From positions 124,001-188,000 of the forward strand of contig CP060768.1 of NCBI GenBank assembly GCA_023205875.1: a stretch of 64,000 nucleotides of DNA, written 5' to 3'. The DNA comes from Chloropicon primus (lineage: Eukaryota). Under the pieces are notes generated by a model that worked only from the letters and a program-made list of their open reading frames with translations, searched no databases and had not been told where the DNA came from. Below, one piece after another: positions 11,352-22,426 of the stretch (position 1 is the first letter of the stretch; each line of letters begins with the position of its first letter). Both the position numbers and the translations under genes were made by a program.

Positions 11352-11714
11352 ACTGCTCTAGAGAATGGAATGGAATGGAATGGCCAACAGCCAAACCAAA
11401 CCAAACCAAACCAAAAAAAAACTCAGGAGAGGAGTCTAGCCTCCCTTCGCCTCGCCCCTGGAAGTTCGACAAGGGAAGGGTCAGTGGGGGGTCGAAGTCC
11501 TTGCGCCTCCTCCCCTTCCGTCCCTCGTTCGGCTCGCGCTCTGTTGGGTTGGGTTGGGTGCACCTCACTCCGCGGCAAAACAGCAATTCACTTTTCTTTT
11601 TTGCTCTCTCTCCCTGGCCCTGGGGGGGGAGAGGTAGGGGATTGGATTGTTGTTGTTGTTTGGAGAAGTGAGTGGATGGATGGTGCGTGACTTTAATACA
11701 ATGGAAGGGGAGTT

Positions 11715-13221
11715 TTATTGCGCCACCAGGGCGCTGGTTGTTCCGTTGAGTTTTGCTGCCCAGCTCTCCAGCCTTGTGGAAAGGCCTTGGACTTGCTCGT
11801 GCGTGAGGACCCTGGGCTGGACCCAAGAGACGGTCACGACTCCAGAGACTTGGTTGATCATACCTTTGACCATGCCTCTCGCCATGGCCTGCATGATCAC
11901 GACCTCGGCCTCCTCCCTCGATCCGAGCTTCGCCCTCGAAGCTATCTCGTCCAGCGGGACGCTCCTGCTGTCCGGAGGAAGGGAGAACAGATACTCTACG
12001 AGGCAAAGCAAGGTGATCTTGTTCCTAAGGCTGTCGGCTTTCTTCACAAGCTCTGGCTGCCTGTTCAGGGCGCTGGAGTAGCGCTCGCAGATCATGTCGT
12101 AAGCGTACATGTCCCCCTTGTTGAAGCACTTGAGGAGGGCATGAAGCCACTCAAACTCGGTGCCCACCAAAGCGGTAACGATCGGGTGCAGCAGGAGCTC
12201 GCCGAAGTTGAAGATGCCCTCACCAAGAAGGGCCGCCAGGGACACGTCAACCGCCAGGCTCAGCCTAAAGTCCGAGGGCAGGGTCTCTGTCTTGACGTAA
12301 GCGAGGTAGAGCAAGGAGTTCTTGTAGAACTCGTCAAAGTTTCTGTTCACCTTGTGATACTGGCTCGACAAAGAGTAGACGCTAGCAGTCACAGATGGGT
12401 CCGCGTCCTCGATCTTGTCCAGCATCTTCAAGCCTGCCTCCATGAGCTCGCTCGCTTTCTCGGTGTTCCCGCTCTGCAAGAAAAGCTGACCCACGCTCAT
12501 CTTAAGATACAGCGTCGGCTCCGTGTCCACCTTGTCCGCTTCCTTCTCCCCTTCCTTGCTGCTGCTCGCCCCGCCGCTCGACGACAGAGGGGACGAACCC
12601 GAAGCCGCGTCGTCAAGAAGCTTCTTCGTGCACTCCAGGAACTCCACAGCTTGCTGAGGCAGCGTGTGCTGCTGAGACACCTTGACAGCGATCTGCGCCA
12701 ACTTCAACGAGTTCAACCGCAAAGCAAAGAGAAGCACGAAGTTCGTGTACAAGTCGATCAAAAGTCCAGGTATTCTCTGAAACTCCGCATCCTCGACGCA
12801 ATCCTCCAGCAGGAGGGAGAGCTGATGCCAAAGCTTTTGCTCGCACTGAAGACAAAAAAGAAGAAGAGAGAAGAAGATCCAAGCAAACAAAAAGGAAAAA
12901 ACGAAACGAAACCGTGTCAGACGATGCGATGAGGAAACGCAAACGAAGAACGACGAAGACCACGCCAAACGCTCCGGCTCTCCTGGTCGATCGATCGGAA
13001 CGAGCGAAGCCAACGAACGAACGATAGTGTTTTGGGTTTGGGTTTGGTTCGATCATCGATCGTACGATCGAGTTTCTTACCATCTTCTTGAGGTTGTTGC
13101 ATTTGTCTTTGACGTTTTGCGTAAAAGCTTTCGCTGCGTCTTGGCTGAGCAAGGTTCCCGTGATGTACTCGCAAGCCTGGGCGACCTGCTCGCTGCTGCC
13201 GTGACCCATCTGCGTCGCCAT
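11715..13221 (-). CDS. RPN9: 26S proteasome lid subunit RPN9/PSMD13 (intron 13080-12846)
   Basis: KLWHQL, FYKNSLLYLAY, ALLGEGIFNFGELLLHPI, PCI C-terminus GMINQVSGVVTVSWVQPRVL. Confidence 0.92.
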
Positions 13222-13804
13222 AGTGATCGATCGTCTCTCCTCTCTCTCTCTCTCTCCGATCGATCATTCAAAAAAATTCCCACCGATCGCGATCGATCCG
13301 ATCGTGGCGAGGAGGGGGAGAGAGAGCCGCTCTAAACGATCGCGATCGATCGAGGGGCGAGGACGGCGACGGAGGGGGGAGGGAGTTCGGACGATCGAAG
13401 CGCCTCGTCGCGAGCTTTCGGGAGGACCCTCTCTTGCGATCTTGCGAACGATCGATCGATCGCTCTGGTCAATCCAACTCGATCGATCGATCGAACGAAC
13501 GAACGAACGAACGAACGAACGGATTATTTTTGTGGAGTGACAGAGAAGTGACGGAGTAAGCGTCTCGTCACGGGAGGAATCTCTCTCGTGAGCGATCTTG
13601 CGAACTTATCTTCCCTCCTCTCCTCTCCTCTCGTCTCGTCTCGTTGGTTGGATGAGGACGGGAGGGGTTCCGGTGCCAAGAACGTCTCCAGGTCTTTCCA
13701 GCGGTGTGTCCCTTCGCCGCCTCTCTCTTGCGTTTGCGCGACAGCGAGGTCGTAACGGCCGCGGTCGTCCCAAGGGAGCTTGCCTCGGTACCGGAGACTC
13801 GAAA

Positions 13805-14793
13805 ATGGCAGAGCGTCAATGGATGTCCAGCAGGAGGGAGAGGGAGCTCACGGAGCGGCTGGTGCAGTTGTCGTGCATACTGGCAGAGGAAGACGAGGAG
13901 GTCCCCGATATACCAGACAACGCGTGCGAAACGTGGACAGAAGCCGACGTTCGGGAATACTATCGCTCCAAGGGAGCGTACACACCGGAAGGGGAGTTCG
14001 CCCAAGGCCTGGTCGGGCAAGAGGTTCCTGGTGGCTCCCTGGAGCAGAACAGGAAGCTGAGGTGGAGCGACCCGATGGATGACATTGGAACGCCGCCGCT
14101 TGACGCCGCCGCTTACCAGGAAGCGGCTTTCGAGCACGGGATACCTTGCAGGCCAGACGGACTTTTTCCGCCCTCGGACCCGACATTGGAGCGACTGACG
14201 AAGGACCCGCTCTTCAAGCCCTTCGAGAAGCAGCTGGTTGACAAGGTGAGTCGTCCCCCTTCCTCTCGCCTCTTTGTGCCTGCGTGGCTCTGACGCCAGG
14301 ATCGCGATCTCTCGTCGTCGTCCTGCAGAGGGACAAGCTTGTGTCCGCTGAGAACAGCTGGGCATCGGGGAACTCCGCTGCCGCGAACTCTCGCATCGAC
14401 TTGAGGTGCTTTTTGTACGTGGGGGGGGAGACCAGCGATGGGAGCAGTGTTGGATCCAGGCTCGAGGGTGCTGTCAGATTTGGGGACAACGCGAGTATAG
14501 GGAACGGGTTCTCTGCTCACGGAGGCGCCGTGGAGACGGTCCTCGACGAGGCCACCGCGGAACTTTGCAAGGCCACCCAAGGGGTCATGTGCTACACCAC
14601 GCAGGCCGACTTCAAGCTCAAGCAGCCCGTGGCCTTGCACAAGACGTACGCCATCGAAGCAGAGATCACGAAGCTTGGGATCAGGGGAATGAGAATATTC
14701 GTGGATGCGAGGCTGAAGGATGACCAGGGCAACGAAGCTGCTGTCTGCAGCGTTCAGCTTGCAAACGTGGCAAAGATAAGCTCGAGGAGCTAG
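13805..14793 (+). CDS. Hot-dog fold acyl-CoA thioesterase (THEM4/PaaI-like; intron 14246-14328)
   Basis: AHGGAVETVLDEA motif. The GTGAGT...CTGAC...CAG intron joins the two ORFs in frame. Confidence 0.8.
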
Positions 14794-14815
14794 AGAAAAG
14801 CCTGTATTATATGAG

Positions 14816-15676
14816 TCAAACAGAGTTGTAACTGCTGCCCACGAGGTCGTTGAGGTGGTAGTGCACCTTATAGTGCTGCTGCTTATAAGAAATGTACGCG
14901 ATCAGTATGCCAAGAAGGGAGCCGGCGAGGACGTCCGTCGTGTGATGCCAGTAGTCAGACACCCTCGACGCAGCAACGAAGAGAGCGCCGCAGCTTGGAA
15001 GGCTGGCCACGAAGAGCTTCCACGGATGCCCCTCCTCGTCAAAGGCGTCGAGGAAGTTGATAAGGAAGAGAGTCAGGTACCACTGACTTCCAAAGGACAG
15101 CGAGCTGTGACCCGATGGAAAGCTCCTTCTGCCCTCGGCTACCACAGCAGGATCCCCCGTGCAGGCTGGGTACCCAGGCGAACTGAAGGGGATCGGATCA
15201 GGGACGTTGTTGTCGAAACATCTGGCCAGAAAATCTGGACGAGGCCTTCCTATCATCAGCTTGAGAAAGCAGGTCAAGCAGTTGGTGAAGCCCAGGGACA
15301 TGAACAGACCTAAGAGAGCGTGATGAAGCTGCCTTCCCGTTGTCCTCTTGATGGACTTCATGCACATGACTATTACGAGGCAGGGGAACAATATGCACGC
15401 CGGTAGCAGAGCCCAAGAGGGAAACGAGTTGGGTCTCAGAGGATAAGAGTAAGTCCCAGACGCCAACTCTCCTTCGGTGATGTACTTCTCAAAAGCAGGC
15501 GAGGGGTCGGCCACGATGCTCACGAATATGAGAAGGAGGACGAAGAGCCAGTCCATGAAGTAAGACAGCCTGTCGCCCTTCGCTTTGAACTTGTATTCGC
15601 TCCTCGTCCCGTGGGCCTTGAGGCTGCTTCTGCTGAGATGCCTGAAGGTCTGGAGCTCGTGCATATCTGAATCCAT
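14816..15676 (-). CDS. Lipid phosphate phosphatase (PAP2 family)
   Basis: KLMIGRPRPDF, SFPSGHSS and SRVSDYWHHTTDV catalytic motifs; TM helices. Confidence 0.93.
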   Translation of the reverse strand: MDSDMHELQTFRHLSRSSLKAHGTRSEYKFKAKGDRLSYFMDWLFVLLLIFVSIVADPSPAFEKYITEGELASGTYSYPLRPNSFPSWALLPACILFPCLVIVMCMKSIKRTTGRQLHHALLGLFMSLGFTNCLTCFLKLMIGRPRPDFLARCFDNNVPDPIPFSSPGYPACTGDPAVVAEGRRSFPSGHSSLSFGSQWYLTLFLINFLDAFDEEGHPWKLFVASLPSCGALFVAASRVSDYWHHTTDVLAGSLLGILIAYISYKQQHYKVHYHLNDLVGSSYNSV

Positions 15677-16283
15677 CTTGCCTGGCCTCCGACCGTGCGA
15701 CGACGACGGAGAGGCTAATACCAGACAAACGTGTTGTTCACTTGCGTCCCCGTTAAGGCTCTTTGCCCTTCTCGACAACGAAGAACTCGCAATGGCTGCC
15801 GCCCACTCACTTTGCTGGCTGCTGTGTCAGCTTCTTCTAAAGAAGTGCAAGCACCTCAAGGACAACTCCGGATCCATCCATCCATCCCAGGAGGAGGAGG
15901 AGGCCAGCACCAATGAACCTAGGTCCAAGGTCGGCCACAGGCAGCACCAGGCCACCATCAAGGTGACCAAAATCTCTGTCTGAGCTCTCTTTGCCCGTGA
16001 AGGCCTTGTGTTTGTTTGTGGGATAGAAACCAAAAACCAAAAAAACGTGCGTCGAAGAGGGAGGACCTTCTTGCCTCTCTCCGCTCCACAGGCAGGCGAA
16101 GCGTTGATCGTGAATCTTCTTCTTGCAATGAACCTCACTTCCTTCCTTCCCATCCGGAGTAAGAGGCGTGAGGTCAGGACTTGGTTCTGTGCTGCCTCGT
16201 GCCTCGGCATTGCTTTCTGCTGCTCGGTAACGCACGAGAGGAAGTCTTGATGAATTACAACACACAGCAAGCCTAGCTGCTTG

Positions 16284-18200
16284 TTAAAACTTGGATTGCA
16301 GCGGGGGGGGAGCGCTTAGGCTTGAGCTAGCAGCAACGATCGCACGTGCGGAGGAGAAATCCAGGTGACCCAGATCGACGCTGGACTCTGGTGAGCTCGC
16401 CGCGCTTTTGCAGTAGGCTGACGCGACAGCGTCCCCCAAAGAACTGCTGGAGTGAGACGATGGGAGGCTTCGGCTGCTGTGCTCCACGAGCAGGCTAGAG
16501 ACGAGAATTTTGCACAGGGAGAAGACCAACCTCTTCAGCTGACCCAGATGCTCGTCCCTCTCCGCCTCACGTGCCTTGCCCTTGTCCCCGAACGCCTGCA
16601 CCAAGCTCGACACTTGCCTCTTCGCGTCGTGGGCCATCTTGGTTACTGTTGCGATGGACTTGTGCAGGTCTTGGCCAGGGGGAGCACCCTGCTTCCCGGA
16701 CAGCAGCGCGCGTGTTGACCGCGACAGCAACGCAGTTGCCCCGCGGCCGCTGTCTGCCAGCATCGCTCTCAAGACATCGAGGCATAGCACGTTCGTTGGA
16801 CCCTCCCAGATGGGCAGAACCAGGGAGTCTCGAAAGATTTCCGGGATCCCGGTGCTCTCGATGTACCCTTGACCGCCGAAGAACTCGAGGCACTCGCTTG
16901 CGGACCACACAACTTGCTTGGCGGTGTACAGCTTACAAAGCGGTGTCAGAATTCTCAGCATCGCTTTCTCGTCCTCCATGGCTCTTCCAGATTCGCTAAG
17001 CCCGAGAAGGTAGACCGCCTCCATCGTCATGGCAAGGCTCGCTTGAGCATGCACCTCGAAATGGGCAAGAGTCTGGATGGCGAGAGGCTGATCCACCAGC
17101 AGCTTGCCGAAAACCGCCCTCTTCTTCGCGTAATCGAGCGTGATGCAGGCGATTCTCCTGATGTACGACGCCGCGGTGATCGAATTGTGCAACCGAGTGA
17201 TGTTCATCAGAGCTGAGATTTGGGCAACGCCTCGTCCCCTCTTCCCAATTCTGCGGCAAGGCACCCCCACGAGCTCGAGCTCGGCCGTGGGAAGCTGCCT
17301 CGTTCCCAGCTTATCCTTGAGCCTCCTCAACCGTATCCCGTCGGTCCTCACCCTGCCTTGCTCATCCCTTACCTCGACGTAGAACAGCGACAGGCCTCTT
17401 GTCCCCTTCACCATCTCGCCATCCTCCCCGATGTCACGGGCCAAGGTGAACGCCATGCGGGCATCCGTTGCGCTGCTGAACCACTTGTAACCGAAGAGCC
17501 TCGCGTTGGCCCAAGCGCCTACCTCCCCGCCCTCGTCCAACGGTTTCGCGACAGTTTCCACGCCCGAGGCAACGTCCGAGCCACCCTGGATCTCGGTCAT
17601 CCACTGACCACTCGTCCAGAACCGAAGCGGATCCCTCGACACGAGGTTGCCGAACGCACGCCGGTACACCATGTCCTCCCTTCCCAGGAGCTCGCACAGC
17701 CTCGCCGCCCCGTCCGTCATCGCGAGCGGACACGAATACAGGCCCGAGCTCGCGTTGAACATGTAAAGCTTCGAGAATTGGAACACTCGGCTCAGCTCCC
17801 CGTAATTCTCACGCTCGAACGCAGCAGCAACAAGTCCTTCCTCTGCTGCAATGGCGTGGAGTTTCTTCCACGCCTCGCTCGTCCAGAGGTTCACTCTGGC
17901 GTGTTCCTCGTTGTCTTGCGAGACCTTGGACCACGCCAAGTCCCTCTTCCGTGCCGCTGCCACCAACCTTGGCTCAGATTCACGCTGCCCTGCCTCCCTC
18001 CCGAGCTCATGAACCTCCGTCACGCACCTCCAGCCCCAGCTCTCGAGCTCTCTCAAGGCATCTGTGTACCCCTTACGACTTCTGCCTCTCCCTCTCCTGG
18101 CCCTTTTCGAGAAATAACGATCGACCGTGTCGCGCAAGTAAGCATCCCCGAGCCAAGCGTGGCTGATCCACGGCTGATGCGTCCTGTCCTTGTCCGCCAT
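16284..18200 (-). CDS. Acyl-CoA dehydrogenase, AidB/ACD-11-like
   Basis: CPLAMTDGAA, TSGQWMTEIQGGSDV, GYKWFSSA, LKDKLGTRQLPTAE, FGGQGYIE, PIWEGPTNVL. Confidence 0.92.
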   Translation of the reverse strand: MADKDRTHQPWISHAWLGDAYLRDTVDRYFSKRARRGRGRSRKGYTDALRELESWGWRCVTEVHELGREAGQRESEPRLVAAARKRDLAWSKVSQDNEEHARVNLWTSEAWKKLHAIAAEEGLVAAAFERENYGELSRVFQFSKLYMFNASSGLYSCPLAMTDGAARLCELLGREDMVYRRAFGNLVSRDPLRFWTSGQWMTEIQGGSDVASGVETVAKPLDEGGEVGAWANARLFGYKWFSSATDARMAFTLARDIGEDGEMVKGTRGLSLFYVEVRDEQGRVRTDGIRLRRLKDKLGTRQLPTAELELVGVPCRRIGKRGRGVAQISALMNITRLHNSITAASYIRRIACITLDYAKKRAVFGKLLVDQPLAIQTLAHFEVHAQASLAMTMEAVYLLGLSESGRAMEDEKAMLRILTPLCKLYTAKQVVWSASECLEFFGGQGYIESTGIPEIFRDSLVLPIWEGPTNVLCLDVLRAMLADSGRGATALLSRSTRALLSGKQGAPPGQDLHKSIATVTKMAHDAKRQVSSLVQAFGDKGKAREAERDEHLGQLKRLVFSLCKILVSSLLVEHSSRSLPSSHSSSSLGDAVASAYCKSAASSPESSVDLGHLDFSSARAIVAASSSLSAPPPLQSKF

Positions 18201-18648
18201 GCTCTTTCCAGCAACCCTTCAACCCCACCAGGACACCTGCAAACCTACCCTGTTCTCTGACAGACACACTCGAAACCTTGCCTTCTTCACCAAAAGCGAG
18301 GTCAGTCCCCAAAGGTACCGGGCGTGTGACCCACCAATACGAAGGTCTTGAGACGTACTTTCGCTCCAGCCCGGTCTTCCTCGATGTACGTGACCTCCGT
18401 TGCCACAATCCTGTGCCAAAGTCCCCTCCTTTCCCTCCTCCTCCCTGCAAGATTGCAATCTTGGACTCTCCTCTCTGTAAAGATGGATGATTTACCCTTT
18501 TCATCTTCATCGCTGGAGGGGGATAGGAGGTATCGTCGGTTGGCAACTAGGGCCAGGTCCTCCGTTGACTTTTGAGTGGCTTGGATTGATTACCACACTC
18601 CACACCAGAGTCCTTGATCACCTCCTTGATCACCTCACCTCACCTCTG

Positions 18649-18693
<45 letters not shown>

Positions 18694-18736
18694 CTGGCAC
18701 TTGCTGGAACTTGGCCAGTGGTTGGCACCAAGGAGT

Positions 18737-19894
18737 ATGGCAGAGGCAAAGGGTTCCCAAGGGGAGGCCGTGGGAGTCGAGAGCGAGCACCATGGCGATG
18801 TGTTTGCGATTGAGAAGAAGCACATCAGCGAGATAACCCCAGAGGAGTTCGAGACAAAGTATGTGAACAGGGCTATGCCCATAATCCTTCAAGGGATCCT
18901 CGACACTTGGCCAGCCTATGGGGTGTGGAACACGGAGTACTTTGAGAGGGAGCTCGGGGAGGAGTTGGTACAGGTTGCCTTCGGCAAGGAATGGAAGAAG
19001 ATGACCATCAAGGATTACATTTCGAGTTACAGCGAGTACGAAGAAGAGTACAGGAACTCTGGAAAGCCTTCACCGTACCTGAGGACCTGGAACTACACCG
19101 ACAACCACCCGGACTTCGAGTCGACGTTTGACTCCAGCGAGTATTTCAGAGACTTGTTCAAGAAGTTTCCGAAAAGGATGAGGCCACCATTCTCGTGGCT
19201 CTTCCTTGGTCCCCAAGGAGTGGTCACAAGCTTACATGAGGATATCTGGCACACCGACTCTTGGATAGCACAGCTCGAGGGTCGCAAGAAGTTTTCCCTC
19301 TACCACCCGGGACAAAGAAAGCACCTCGAATACGTCGCAGAGAGCAGGGAGTCCGAGTTTGTGGACCCGCTGCGGCCAGATCTAGTCAAGTTCCCCAACT
19401 TCAAAAAAGCCTCTGCCATCGAAGGCTACCTCGAGAAAGGTAAGTGGGTCACACCCCACACGCGCGCTTGCTTGCTCTCTCCGTCCGCATCTTTCCCCTG
19501 CTTGGACGTCACCCCTGACCCCTGTGCTTCCCATCCGTCCCTTGATGCTTTGCATAACCGACAACGACGTGAAGGCGAGATCTTGTACATCCCCAGGCGG
19601 TGGCCGCATCACGCAGTCGGCTGCATGCGGAGCGTCTCACTCACGGAGAACTTCTTCTCGGCGTGCAACAAGGACGTGATCATCCCCAAGTGGGAGTCAT
19701 ACGTGCAGAGAAGGATGAAGTGCGAAAAGATTTTGGGAAGGGAGCTGAGGGCGAGCGACAATCTGATGAAATTCTGTTGCCACGGTGGAACTTTGCCGGC
19801 GAGGCTCGTCATGCAAATCCTCGGAGCTTGTGACCAGGACGACGACGACGAAGGCCCACAAGTGGAAGCCAGCAGTGAGGAGACCGAGAACTAG
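18737..19894 (+). CDS. JmjC-domain 2-oxoglutarate/Fe(II) oxygenase (in-frame intron 19440-19574)
   Basis: WLFLGPQGVVTSLHEDIW (HxD), QLEGRKKF, and spliced LEKGEILYIPRRWPHH. Confidence 0.88.
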   Translation: MAEAKGSQGEAVGVESEHHGDVFAIEKKHISEITPEEFETKYVNRAMPIILQGILDTWPAYGVWNTEYFERELGEELVQVAFGKEWKKMTIKDYISSYSEYEEEYRNSGKPSPYLRTWNYTDNHPDFESTFDSSEYFRDLFKKFPKRMRPPFSWLFLGPQGVVTSLHEDIWHTDSWIAQLEGRKKFSLYHPGQRKHLEYVAESRESEFVDPLRPDLVKFPNFKKASAIEGYLEKGKWVTPHTRACLLSPSASFPCLDVTPDPCASHPSLDALHNRQRREGEILYIPRRWPHHAVGCMRSVSLTENFFSACNKDVIIPKWESYVQRRMKCEKILGRELRASDNLMKFCCHGGTLPARLVMQILGACDQDDDDEGPQVEASSEETEN

Positions 19895-20285
19895 AAGGGA
19901 TCATGGTTCATCTCCTGCAATGACGTCGTAACACCATAAGATATTCTGTATATGTAACAAATGAAACCCAAGTGTAAGCTTCTTTTGGCATCACCATCAT
20001 CATCATCTCATCGTCATCATCATCTCATCGTGATCATCATCGTCATCATCACTATCTCTCAAACTCCTTACAGTGTTTGGGTCACCCTCACTTGTTGAGG
20101 GACAGAACGAAAGAGGAAGAGACAGCAGCCCCGCCTGTGACCTCTTGCCTCCCTCCCACCCCGCCCCTCCTTCATCATCACCGCCATCGCCACTTGGCGC
20201 CACCCCGCGCCCCTCTAGCTGCTTGATCTGGAAATCCTAAGCTGAAGCTGTCACAGAGAGACAGAAGAGAGAAGCAGCGGTGGTG

Positions 20286-21697
20286 ATGGCAGTGCGGAGT
20301 ACTAGTCCAAAGCGGGAGGGGAGAGGGAGGGGGCGGAGCCTTTCACTTGCCTCCCTCTTCCTCCTTACTTTATTTGGAGCAACACTTTGTGCCAGAGGTA
20401 AGCCAAACTTTCAAAGGTCTGAGCCTTCCCAGTGGAGTGGAGGACAATACACACACAGGTGTGCCGGGTCTCTTTCCTTGGCGCGCAGTTTGAAGGCAAA
20501 GGAGGAGTATTGAGTGTGTCGCGGCATGGAATGCGGTTACTGACAAGCTCTCGACTTCATCTTTGTGCAAAGGCCCTAGCTGGAGCAAAGCAGGTCAAAC
20601 GACCACGGTGGAGACCACAAAGTTCTCGAACAAGCTCTTGCAGGAGACTGAGTTTTCGGTCAGCGTAGGGGGAGAGGAGAGGACGGGAATATGGATCGAG
20701 CCCTTCTCGTGGCAGCCAAGGGCCTTTGTGATTCACAACATTCTCTCGGAGGAGGAGTGCGACCATTTGGTGGGCCTGGCAGAGCCAGTTGTGGAGGCCA
20801 GCACAGTAGTTGTGGACTCAGCACAACGCACATCGGGCGTCTCCTCGGCGAGAACAAGCTTCGGAACCTTCCTTCGAAGGTACCAGGACGAGATTGTGGG
20901 ACGAGTCGAAGAGCAGGTAAGCAACGAGACCCACCCAGCCCTCCACTCGCCCCCAAAGCAAGCTTGTTCGAAGCTGCAGATGAACCCAGTTCACCTTCTA
21001 GGCGGAGTATCTGACACCGGGTTGCGATTGTTTGTAACGCTTTACTGGCAAGGTTGCCCTCTTGACGGGGATTCCCATGCCTAACGGCGAGTCTCCCCAA
21101 ATCCTGAGGTACGAGCAGCACCAGAGGTACACGAAGCACGAGGACTACTTCGATCGGTCGTACTTGACCGACACGGATGGCAGGCAAAGGATAGCCACCA
21201 TACTTTTGTACTTGTCCGACGTCGACGAGGGGGGGGAGACCAACTTCCCGATGGGGAAGATCTCGCGAGAGTACCGTGACGAGCATGGGGAGGGCGCCAA
21301 TCACGTGAACTCGGAGTGCGGCGGGTCCTTGCAGGCCGCTGTGAAGCCCAAGAAAGGGGACGCCTTGCTCTTCTACAGCATGGATCCCTCTTCTACGTAC
21401 GAGGACCGTGACTCGCTTCACGAGGGCTGCCCCGTCGTTGAGGGCTTGAAGTGGTCCGCCACCATCTGGATGCATCAGGGGCACTTCAGGGACAAGGAAT
21501 ACAGCACGGAGCCCGCCAAGTGCGAGGACAGCCACGAGAACTGCGAGTCTTGGGCCAAGACGGGAGAGTGCGAAAAGAATCCAAGCTACATGAAACCGAA
21601 TTGCAAGCTTAGCTGCGGCTTGTGCAGGCAATGCCAGAAGGGTGACGTCCTCTGCGAGAGAAAGAACCGGTTCCTGGACGCTCCAAAGAAGCCATGA
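20286..21697 (+). CDS. Prolyl 4-hydroxylase with C-terminal ShKT domain, copy 1 (intron 20917-21052; 5' exons uncertain)
   Basis: FSWQPRAFVIHNILSEEECDHL, ARTSFGTFL, QILRY..YTKHEDYF, GGETNFP, SLHEGCPVVEGLKWSATIWMH, CEDSHENCESWA..GECEKNPSYM..C.LSC. Confidence 0.9.
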
Positions 21698-21906
21698 ATC
21701 CTCCATCTCCTCCTCTGGTGCATTCATCCCATGGATAGGTAGAAGAACACCAAGGTGCGGGGACTTTGGAAGGATTGTGACGACGGGAAGGAAGCATGAT
21801 GCAAGCGGGGAAGGCTCTGGACGAAAGAACGTCTCGCAACCTTTCCGTAGACCACTCACTCGACATGTTCCGCTTCCTGAGTGTTCGGAAAAAGGGGGGG
21901 GGCGCA

Positions 21907-22426
21907 AATTGATTCAGAGGGAGCAAAGGACAGAGGGTTGGAGTTGGTCTACGGCGGTGAGACGGTCCCCTCGAGGGTGACGACGGCAACGACGACAACA
22001 ACGCTACGGGGACGATCACTCAAGTCTTACTCCTTCTTTGACCTTCCATCCTTGTACCTGAGGATGTCCATGAGAAAGATGAGGCTGTTGTGGAAAGGTG
22101 CTGGCCTCGGTGCTCGCATACTTTGTGTTGTTCAAGGAGAAAGGGGACGAGAGGGACCACAACATCTACGTGAAGGAGGTGAAACTCTCCCCGCCACCAT
22201 CTGGATGCACCAAGGACACTTCAGGGATAGTCTTTACCGCGCGGAAGCGGGAGTGTGCGAGGACAAGCACAAGAACTGCAAGTCTTGGGCCGCGAAGGGG
22301 GAGTGCCAGACGAAAGCAAGCTCAGTGAAATTGCATTGCAGGCTCAGCTGCGGCATTTGCCACAAGTGTCAAGAGGGAGACGTTCTCTGCGAGCGAAAGT
22401 ACCGATTTGCGGGAGCCCAAGCGTGA
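21907..22426 (+). pseudogene. Internally deleted prolyl 4-hydroxylase copy
   Basis: N-terminal TM region (VLASVLAYFVLF..ERDHNIYVKEVKLS) joins directly, with a frame change, to ATIWMHQG plus ShKT; the catalytic core is missing. Confidence 0.75.

Noticed and set aside
15790..16270. Possible small gene between PAP2 and the acyl-CoA dehydrogenase
   Set aside because: No consistent exon model or motif; likely UTR or intergenic.
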